Shown one piece after another: positions 9,310-16,707 of a stretch of DNA of 64,000 nt. The notes under the pieces are model-generated. The model was not told the origin of the DNA. It did not search any database and saw only the letters and a program-made list of their open reading frames with translations. Position numbers and translations under genes: made by a program. The stretch's first letter is position 1, and every line of letters starts with the position of its first letter. The stretch is taken from NCBI GenBank assembly GCA_017381865.1, contig JAFOBJ010000085.1, forward strand, positions 5,613-69,612, written 5' to 3'. Source of the DNA: Bacteroidales bacterium (GTDB taxonomy: Bacteria > Bacteroidota > Bacteroidia > Bacteroidales > F082).

Positions 9310-9894
9310 ATGTCTATTCAAAAAATAAAAGAATTATATAAAGATCCGAAATACACTTCAACGATTGATGTTGGAATGTTTATCGCGTTGATATTCAGCT
9401 TCCATTTCTTGTATTTAGGATGGCAAGCTGTTGGTTATTTCCCTATTGGAAATCTTATCGCCAAGCTTTTTGATTCAGCATCAACATTATTATTCAATCA
9501 AAGTTGTTGGGTATTGGAACATATTTTCAATGTCGACATTGTAACTCACAATCATGTCATCGGCGTGATAAACTGCAACGACAAATATTCTTTAATCAAC
9601 GTTGCTCCTGAATGCACGAGCTTGAAACAATGGCTTCACTGGCTTTTCCTCATGTTGATTTTCCCTGGTCCTTGGAAACATAAAGCTTGGTATATTCCAC
9701 TCGGACTCGTCATCATTGAATTTATCAATGTAGTGAGAGTCGTAGGAATAACATTATGTATGATACCTTTTCCTGACAAATTTGACTTCTTCCACGATTA
9801 TTTCTTTAAAACATTATTCTACTTTTTCATATTTATAATGTGGGTAGTCTGGGTAGAGAAGTTTTTACATAAAAAAGAAAAAATTAAAAAATAA
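9310..9894 (+). CDS. Polytopic membrane protein, possibly exosortase/archaeosortase family (XrtF-like)
   Basis: 194 aa with about 5 TM helices. Spaced Cys (APECTSL), Arg (NVVRVVG) and His (FFHDYF) resemble the exosortase catalytic triad layout. No partner gene or obvious substrates nearby. Confidence 0.35.
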   Translation: MSIQKIKELYKDPKYTSTIDVGMFIALIFSFHFLYLGWQAVGYFPIGNLIAKLFDSASTLLFNQSCWVLEHIFNVDIVTHNHVIGVINCNDKYSLINVAPECTSLKQWLHWLFLMLIFPGPWKHKAWYIPLGLVIIEFINVVRVVGITLCMIPFPDKFDFFHDYFFKTLFYFFIFIMWVVWVEKFLHKKEKIKK

Positions 9895-9899
9895 ATACT

Positions 9900-10985
9900 A
9901 TGGATTCAAACAGCATCATTTTTGTCCTCGATGCCGGCGGCACAGGATTCAAATTTTCAGCAGTACAAAACTATAAAGAAATAATAGAAGCTTTCACTAT
10001 CAAGACAGCTTCCGACACTTTAGAAGAACAACTTAACAAGATTATCGAAGGATTCCGTCACACTGAAGAATTATGCGGCAGCAAGCCAGCAGCTATCAGT
10101 TTCTGTTTCCCTGGTCCAGCCGACTATCCAAATGGCATCATCTGCGACCTCGCCAACCTTCCACTTTTCAGAGGTGGCGTAGCACTTAAAGACATGCTTG
10201 AAAACGAATTCAAGGTTCCAGTTTATATCAACAACGACGGTGACTTATTCGCATACGGCGAGGCATTGGGCGGCGTGCTTCCAGAAATCAACGCTATGCT
10301 TGAAAAGGCTGGCAATCCTAAGAGATATAAAAACCTCGTCGGTTTGACACTCGGCACAGGTTTCGGCGGCGGCGTGGTACTCAACGGCCACTTGTTACAA
10401 GGCGACAACTCAGCAGGCGCAGAAGTTTGGTGCATGAGAAACATACTTTATCCACAGACAAGCGCAGAAGACTCAATCAGTATCAGAGGCGTACGACGCG
10501 TTTACGCTCGCGAGGCTGGCATCGAATTCAACGAAGCTCCACAGCCTTTCGACATCTACGAAATAGCTTTAGGAAATAAAGAAGGTAACAAAGAAGCAGC
10601 ACTCAAAGCTTGGGACGAATTCGCAACAGTATTAGCCGACATCATCGCTAACATCGCTACAGTGATAGACGGCATCGTGGTTCTCGGTGGAGGTCTCTCA
10701 GGGGCATCAAAGATTTTCATGCCTAAAGTAGTGGAATTGCTCAACACAGCATATCCTGGCTTAGACGGAAACAAAATCCCAAGAATGGAGATTTCTGCAT
10801 TCAACCTCGATGATGAAGAAGGTCAAAAGGCATTCACAGCAACATCAGGCAAGATGATAAAAGTTCCATTCTCCGATAAAGAAGTATGGTACGACCCATC
10901 AAAGAAAATCGGTATCACAGCAACAAAACTCGGAACATCGTCGGCAGTCTGCATCGGAGCGTATGCTTTTGCGATGAATCAATAA
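9900..10985 (+). CDS. ROK/BadF-type sugar kinase (glucokinase-like)
   Basis: LDAGGTGFKF phosphate-1 motif and LTLGTGFGGGVVLNG; 361 aa. Confidence 0.7.
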   Translation: MDSNSIIFVLDAGGTGFKFSAVQNYKEIIEAFTIKTASDTLEEQLNKIIEGFRHTEELCGSKPAAISFCFPGPADYPNGIICDLANLPLFRGGVALKDMLENEFKVPVYINNDGDLFAYGEALGGVLPEINAMLEKAGNPKRYKNLVGLTLGTGFGGGVVLNGHLLQGDNSAGAEVWCMRNILYPQTSAEDSISIRGVRRVYAREAGIEFNEAPQPFDIYEIALGNKEGNKEAALKAWDEFATVLADIIANIATVIDGIVVLGGGLSGASKIFMPKVVELLNTAYPGLDGNKIPRMEISAFNLDDEEGQKAFTATSGKMIKVPFSDKEVWYDPSKKIGITATKLGTSSAVCIGAYAFAMNQ

Positions 10986-10986
10986 A

Positions 10987-11026
10987 GTCTATGAGTCTAT
11001 AAGCCTATGAGTAAATAAGCTATAAA
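10987..11026 (+). repeat. 8-nt-period degenerate array (GTCTATGA GTCTATAA GCCTATGA GTAAATAA GCTATAAA)
   Basis: Read directly. Intergenic, between the ROK kinase stop and the next ATG. Confidence 0.85.
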
Positions 11027-11041
11027 TAAAGAAAGAGTAAT

Positions 11042-11923
11042 ATGAGGAAGATAATTTTTGTTATGACATTGTTTTTATTAAGTCATTGCGGCATTATGGC
11101 GCAAGGATTTAGTCCATATCATACAAATGTTATCAAATATAATGGTTATTCTTATCCTTATTTCCCAGGTTGTGTCGAATGGGAAGACATGAATTATTCG
11201 CAACGTTTAGAATCTCTTCAGATTCCATTCGACACATTGGAAAATATCTCTACATCAAGACTGTTAGAAACTTGTCTTTATTATCCTTTCAACATAAACA
11301 TCTCGCTTTCCGATGATTATCTTACAGGTTTTGAAAAAGTAAGAAATAATTTTAACGGATACGCAGAATTGTTCCTGCGCAGCAATTTCATTCAAGAATT
11401 GATTGATTTATACGATTCAAGAGATGTATTTTTTATTGAAGAAATTAATGACGATTATGACTGCGGTCAGTACTCTTTTGATTTTATGTTTTTGGAACTA
11501 TTTATACTTGAAAATATAGACCATGCGACTGAGACGCAGCTTAATCAAATTGTTACATTAGTCAAAACAAAAAAAGCTCAACAAGAATCTCTTGAAGAAT
11601 ATTATAGCAACAAAGGAATAGCTGATAAAATCTTAAACAAAGCAGAAACATTAGGAATTGAAAGCAAAACTATCGAATTCGACATCAAGCTATCGCCAAA
11701 TCCTTTGACAAACAATCTTACTGTCAGTTATTCGTTACCGCTTGAACAACAAGCCATTCTAACAATCTACGATTTTAATGGAAAAATAATAAAAAGAGAA
11801 AGACTTTATAGCGAAGAAAAAACATTGACTTTAAATCTTGAGAATCTCCATTTTGGGACTTATATCTACACCATCAATTGCGGAGATTTTTCAAAAACAG
11901 GAAAGCTGATAAAAAAATTATGA
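11042..11923 (+). CDS. Secreted protein with T9SS C-terminal sorting domain
   Basis: Signal peptide MRKIIFVMTLFLLSHCGIMAQ. C-terminus LSPNPLTNNLTVSY...GTYIYTINCGDFSKTGKLIKK is typical of type A T9SS CTDs. Confidence 0.7.
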   Translation: MRKIIFVMTLFLLSHCGIMAQGFSPYHTNVIKYNGYSYPYFPGCVEWEDMNYSQRLESLQIPFDTLENISTSRLLETCLYYPFNINISLSDDYLTGFEKVRNNFNGYAELFLRSNFIQELIDLYDSRDVFFIEEINDDYDCGQYSFDFMFLELFILENIDHATETQLNQIVTLVKTKKAQQESLEEYYSNKGIADKILNKAETLGIESKTIEFDIKLSPNPLTNNLTVSYSLPLEQQAILTIYDFNGKIIKRERLYSEEKTLTLNLENLHFGTYIYTINCGDFSKTGKLIKKL

Positions 11924-12759
11924 CACTAAAAATAGCTTGCGTGCAGAGCGACATCATTGCACGAAATCCTTCAGAAAACTTCAAACATCTTGATGAACTT
12001 TTTACAAGAATTCAAGATGACAGAGACATTATAATTTTACCAGAGACATTTACTACAGGATTTCCTGCTGAGCCAGAGTTATTTGCAGAAGATGAAAACG
12101 GCGCAACCATGACATGGCTTCGTAAAAAAGCAAAAGAACGGAACTGCGCTATCGTCGGAAGTTTTATAACTTCGTTTGGTCAACAGACTTCATCCACAAC
12201 TCAGCAACTCAGTAACTCAGCAACTCAGTGTCTTAAAAGCCACAACACTCTCGTGTGGATGAATCCTGACGGCACATATCACACTTACGACAAGCGTCAT
12301 ACCTTCATGGGAGGCGAGAAGGAGCAATTATGTTGCGGTCAGAATCTTATAACAATAGAATACAAAGGATGGAAGATTCGTCCTTTCATTTGTTACGACT
12401 TACGTTTCCCTGCATGGCTACGCAACACTTACAAAGACGGCGAATTTGGCTACGATTTGGCGATAGTGATAGCCAACTGGCCTGTGCAGAAATCATATAT
12501 CTGGAACACACTTCTTTCCGCAAGAGCGATAGAAAACCAGGCTTATTTCATTGGCGTAAACCGCGTTGGCATCGACCATAACAACATCAATTATATCGGT
12601 GAAACCAAGGTCGTAAACGGAAAAGGCAGACTCGTTGCAGAACTCACAGACAACAAAGAAGATATTCTTGAAACAGAAGTAGATATGGAGTCGCTGACAA
12701 GTTTCAGAAATTATTTTACAGTACATCGTGACTGGGATAGTTTTGCTATTGAAAAATAA
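11920..12759 (+). CDS. Carbon-nitrogen hydrolase (nitrilase superfamily, YafV/omega-amidase-like) with low-complexity insertion
   Basis: IACVQSDI, LPETF and FICYDLRFP (catalytic Cys region). ATG 11920 overlaps the upstream stop (ATGA). Contains the insert QQTSSTTQQLSNSATQ, encoded by an 8-nt tandem repeat. Confidence 0.8.
   Translation: MTLKIACVQSDIIARNPSENFKHLDELFTRIQDDRDIIILPETFTTGFPAEPELFAEDENGATMTWLRKKAKERNCAIVGSFITSFGQQTSSTTQQLSNSATQCLKSHNTLVWMNPDGTYHTYDKRHTFMGGEKEQLCCGQNLITIEYKGWKIRPFICYDLRFPAWLRNTYKDGEFGYDLAIVIANWPVQKSYIWNTLLSARAIENQAYFIGVNRVGIDHNNINYIGETKVVNGKGRLVAELTDNKEDILETEVDMESLTSFRNYFTVHRDWDSFAIEK
12197..12228 (+). repeat. 8-nt tandem repeat x4 inside a CDS (CAACTCAG CAACTCAG TAACTCAG CAACTCAG)
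   Basis: Read directly from the sequence. The unit length is not a multiple of 3. Confidence 0.9.
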
Positions 12760-12792
12760 AGTTTTTTTATTAAATTTGCCTAAAAATAAATT

Positions 12793-14133
12793 ATGAATAT
12801 TATTATAGCGGGAGACGGCGAAGTTGGAATGCATCTGGCGCAGGCATTGGAACATGGAGATCATAACATTACCATTGTCGACCCTCATGAAGAACTTCTT
12901 AAAATGATTGAATCTCAAGCAGATTTAATGACAATCATTGGCGACTCGACATCAATCAAGGTCTTGCAACAAGCCAATGTGAAGAAAGCCGACTTAGTCA
13001 TTGCCGTACTTCACGACGAACATATCAACCTTTTGACAGGTATTCTTGCAAAGAAGTTAGGCGCAAAAAAAGTCATCGTCCGCGTCAACACCATGGAAAA
13101 TCTCAGCAAGGAGTCATGGCGTATTTATCAAGACTTAGGCATCGACGGCATCGTATCTCCAGAAGACATCGCGGCGCAGGAAATCATCAACTTATTGAAA
13201 CAGAATGTCGCTACTGAAGCGCACGATTTCGCTGGCGGCAAATTGGAGCTGCTGATGATAAAGCTAGAACCTAACGCACCTTCCAACAACAAGACTCTGG
13301 AAGAACTCATCGAAAACTATAAACACATCGACTTTAAGGCTTTGGCGATACATCGTCGTCAGAACACTTTCATTCCTAAAGCCGACGACGTGTTCCTCGA
13401 AGGCGACCTCGTTTACGTCATCACCAAGCCACACGCCATCAAAGAACTGATGCAGCTTAGTGGCAAGACGAAATTCAACATCAACAATGTGATGATTGTA
13501 GGTGGCGGACGCATCGGCAAATTAACAGCAAAACGTCTCGAAAACGACTTAAATATCAAGATTTTCGAGATGGATAAAAATCGTAGTTTCGAACTCACCA
13601 ATGCACTTTCCGAAACTTTGGTCGTCAACGCCGACGCTCGCAATGTCGACCTCCTCGAAGACGAAGGCATCAAAGACATGGACGCTTTTATCGCTGTTAC
13701 AGACAATACCGAGACTAATATCCTAACATGTTTGCAAGCGAAGTCATTCGGCGTAAAACGTACCATCGCTATGGTTGAAAACATCGACTATATCGACATA
13801 TCACAAAACATCGGAATCGACACCATTATCAACAAGAAACTCATCGCTGCCAGTTACATGGTACGCTACACCCTCGGTGGCAATGTATCTTCACTCAAAT
13901 GTCTCAGTGGCATTGATGCCGACATCGTCGAGTTCGTGGTGCGCGACGGCGCTGCTGTCACAGAAAAACCTATCAACAGACTCAGCATGCCAGAAGGCGC
14001 AATCATTGGAGGCATCATAAGAGGCGAAGACAGCTATATCGCTACAGGAAACTTCCAAATACAAGCTGAAGATAGAGTGGTGGTTCTCGTACTGCCTAAA
14101 ACAATTCAAGCGGTGGAAAAATTATTCCGTTAA
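12793..14133 (+). CDS. trkA: Trk potassium uptake system NAD-binding protein
   Basis: Two RCK-N Rossmann motifs (IIIAGDGEVG and VMIVGGGRIG); 446 aa with a duplicated domain layout. Confidence 0.9.
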   Translation: MNIIIAGDGEVGMHLAQALEHGDHNITIVDPHEELLKMIESQADLMTIIGDSTSIKVLQQANVKKADLVIAVLHDEHINLLTGILAKKLGAKKVIVRVNTMENLSKESWRIYQDLGIDGIVSPEDIAAQEIINLLKQNVATEAHDFAGGKLELLMIKLEPNAPSNNKTLEELIENYKHIDFKALAIHRRQNTFIPKADDVFLEGDLVYVITKPHAIKELMQLSGKTKFNINNVMIVGGGRIGKLTAKRLENDLNIKIFEMDKNRSFELTNALSETLVVNADARNVDLLEDEGIKDMDAFIAVTDNTETNILTCLQAKSFGVKRTIAMVENIDYIDISQNIGIDTIINKKLIAASYMVRYTLGGNVSSLKCLSGIDADIVEFVVRDGAAVTEKPINRLSMPEGAIIGGIIRGEDSYIATGNFQIQAEDRVVVLVLPKTIQAVEKLFR

Positions 14134-14181
14134 CATTTTTTAACATAATAAATATCAAGATCACTAAAATATATAACGACA

Positions 14182-15429
14182 ATGAAAAACATCGAACAAA
14201 CTAATTTTAACGGAAAACGCGTCATCGTTCGCGTCGACTTCAACGTCCCATTGGACGAGAACTTCAATATCACTGACGACACACGCATCCGCGCAGCAAT
14301 GCCTACTATCAACAAGGTCATCAACGACGGCGGAAAGCTTATTTTAATGTCACACCTCGGTCGTCCAAAGAAAAACCCAGATCCAAAATATTCTCTTAAA
14401 CATATCGTGGCTTATTTAAGTCAAGTCATAGGCAAAGAAGTAGCTTTCGCAGACGACTGCATGAAGGCTGCCGACAAAGTCGCTGCTATGCAAAACGGCG
14501 ATGTCCTCTTGCTCGAAAACCTCCGTTTCTACGCTGAAGAAGAAGGAAAAGTTCGCGGCATAGAAAAAGGCGAAGAAGGCTACGACGAAGCTAAAAAAGC
14601 TCTCAAAGAAAGCCAAAAAGAATTCACAAAAACATTGGCATCTTACGCCGACTATTACATCAACGACGCTTTCGGAACAGCTCACCGCGCCCACGCTTCA
14701 ACAGCACTCATCGCCGATTACTTCGACGCCGACCATAAAATGTACGGCTTCCTCATGGCTAAAGAAGTAGAAGCTATCGACAAAGTCATGAAAGACATCA
14801 AACGTCCTTTCACTGCTATCATGGGCGGCTCAAAAATCTCAACAAAAATCGAAATAATCGAAAATCTTTTAACAAAAGTCGACAACCTCATCCTCTGCGG
14901 CGGCATGACTTTCACATTCAAAAAAGCCCTCGGCGGTAACATCGGCAACTCAATATGTGAAAACGACAAACTCGATTTAGCTTTGTCATTATTAGAAAAA
15001 GCTAAAGAAAAAGGCGTTAATTTGGTTTTGGCGATAGATGAAGTCGTGTCTGACAAATTCAGCAACGATGCTAATACTTTAGTCGTCGACCCAATGGATA
15101 TTCCAGAAGGTTACGAAGGCATGGACATCGGTCCAAAGACAAGAGAAATGTTCGGTGAAATAATTAAAAATTCAAAGACAATATTATGGAACGGACCATG
15201 CGGCGTGTTTGAATTCGAGAACTTCTCAAATGGTTCACGCGCTATAGCTGAGTCAATCGTAGAAGCCACTAAAACTGGAGCTTTCTCATTGATTGGCGGC
15301 GGCGATTCTGTAGCATGTATCAACAAATTCGGAATGAGCAACGACGTTTCTTATGTATCGACTGGCGGTGGAGCATTACTCGAAGCCATTGAAGGAAAAG
15401 AGCTCCCTGGCATAGCAGCGATTAAGTAA
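14182..15429 (+). CDS. pgk: Phosphoglycerate kinase
   Basis: [15 protein letters not shown] and STGGGA motifs; 415 aa. Confidence 0.95.
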   Translation: MKNIEQTNFNGKRVIVRVDFNVPLDENFNITDDTRIRAAMPTINKVINDGGKLILMSHLGRPKKNPDPKYSLKHIVAYLSQVIGKEVAFADDCMKAADKVAAMQNGDVLLLENLRFYAEEEGKVRGIEKGEEGYDEAKKALKESQKEFTKTLASYADYYINDAFGTAHRAHASTALIADYFDADHKMYGFLMAKEVEAIDKVMKDIKRPFTAIMGGSKISTKIEIIENLLTKVDNLILCGGMTFTFKKALGGNIGNSICENDKLDLALSLLEKAKEKGVNLVLAIDEVVSDKFSNDANTLVVDPMDIPEGYEGMDIGPKTREMFGEIIKNSKTILWNGPCGVFEFENFSNGSRAIAESIVEATKTGAFSLIGGGDSVACINKFGMSNDVSYVSTGGGALLEAIEGKELPGIAAIK

Positions 15430-15461
15430 GAAACTGAATTTCATAGAATAATATTCATCTG

Positions 15462-16607
15462 ATGAAAGATTCAATGATTATTGGTTTTGACGCAAAACGT
15501 ATCGTTCGCAATAGCACTGGATTAGGCAATTATTGCAGAACATTGATAAACGATATGATTCGTTGCAATACAAACAATAGATTATTGTTATATACTCCCG
15601 ACAAAGGACGCGACGAGTTAAGAAACCAAATCATTGAATCTGACAAATCAGAATTTGTCTTTCCTAAAAAAAAATTAGGAAAAATATATAAAAGCCTTTG
15701 GCGTACAAAAAATATCGTCAAGCAACTTATAGACGATAAAATTCAAATCTATCACGGCCTCAGCGGCGAACTTCCTTTAGGATTAAAAAATAGCGACATC
15801 AAAAGCGTCGTTACCATTCACGACCTCATTTTTTTACGTCATCCTGAATATTATCATTGGCTTGATAGAAAAATTTATACTTGGAAATTTCATCAAACCA
15901 TAAAACAGGCTGACAAAATAATAGCTGTGTCAGAATGCACAAAACGCGACATTGTGGAATTCGGCAAAATAAATCCTGAAAAAATAGAAGTCATTTATCA
16001 AAGCTGTAATCCTAAGTTTACGACGACTCCTTCTGAAAAAAATACTGAAATCGTAACAAAAAAATACAACTTGCCGAAAAGATATTTGCTTTGTGTTGGA
16101 ACGATAGAAGAACGGAAAAACCTGATGCTTGCCGTTAGATCTTTAAAGTTTTTACCAGAAGACATTCATCTCGTTGCTGTTGGAAAGAAGACAAAATATG
16201 CCGATAAGGTAAAAAAACAAGCCGACAAAATTGGCGTATCGCCTCGATTACATTTGTTAAGCGGCGTTAACGACGACGAACTGAACGTCATCTATAAAAA
16301 TGCGGAAGTCTTTGTATATCCATCGCGTTATGAAGGATTCGGCATTCCTATCATAGAAGCCATTTTCTGCGGATTGCCAGTCGTTGCCTGCACCGGTTCG
16401 TGTCTTGAGGAAGCTGGCGGTCCCGACTGTTCCTACGTCAATCCCGACGATGAAGAAGAAATGTCAACAGCGATAATACATCTGCTTAACAATGAAGAAG
16501 AACGTAAAAGACGCATCACATCAAGCCATAAATACGTTCAAAAGTATAAAGGAACAAATATAGCAGAACAAGTCTTTGAACTTTATAAGACAATTCATAA
16601 TGCATAA
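15462..16607 (+). CDS. Glycosyltransferase family 4 (GT-B)
   Basis: C-terminal YPSRYEGFGIPIIEA motif and 381 aa, typical of GT4. Confidence 0.8.
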   Translation: MKDSMIIGFDAKRIVRNSTGLGNYCRTLINDMIRCNTNNRLLLYTPDKGRDELRNQIIESDKSEFVFPKKKLGKIYKSLWRTKNIVKQLIDDKIQIYHGLSGELPLGLKNSDIKSVVTIHDLIFLRHPEYYHWLDRKIYTWKFHQTIKQADKIIAVSECTKRDIVEFGKINPEKIEVIYQSCNPKFTTTPSEKNTEIVTKKYNLPKRYLLCVGTIEERKNLMLAVRSLKFLPEDIHLVAVGKKTKYADKVKKQADKIGVSPRLHLLSGVNDDELNVIYKNAEVFVYPSRYEGFGIPIIEAIFCGLPVVACTGSCLEEAGGPDCSYVNPDDEEEMSTAIIHLLNNEEERKRRITSSHKYVQKYKGTNIAEQVFELYKTIHNA

Positions 16608-16643
16608 TTTTTTACATTAAGCTTTGACTATTGACAAAAAAAG

Positions 16644-16667
16644 AGAGACGCATAATTATGCGTCTCT
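16644..16667. terminator. Palindromic hairpin terminator
   Basis: AGAGACGCATAATTATGCGTCTCT is a perfect palindrome preceded by A7. This gives a U tract for the minus-strand gene ending at 16697. Confidence 0.6.
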
Positions 16668-16707
16668 ACTTATTGACTTGTAGACTTGTAGTCTTATTAT
16701 TGTCTTA
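16668..16707 (+). repeat. 8-nt-period array (ACTTATTG ACTTGTAG ACTTGTAG TCTTATTA TTGTCTTA)
   Basis: Read directly. 16684-16697 equals the reverse complement of 32037-32050. Confidence 0.9.

Noticed and set aside
11878-11919. N-terminal extensions in the ORF track that start at TTG or GTG or overlap the upstream gene (also 172-189, 3052-3066, 7399-7467, 19274-19318, 26183-26212, 29320-29355, 34746-34754, 39750-39800, 44114-44167).
   Set aside because: Internal ATGs give canonical N-termini: signal peptides such as MKKLLL and MKKTILLL, or conserved family starts. They also remove overlaps with neighbouring genes, so the shorter models were used.
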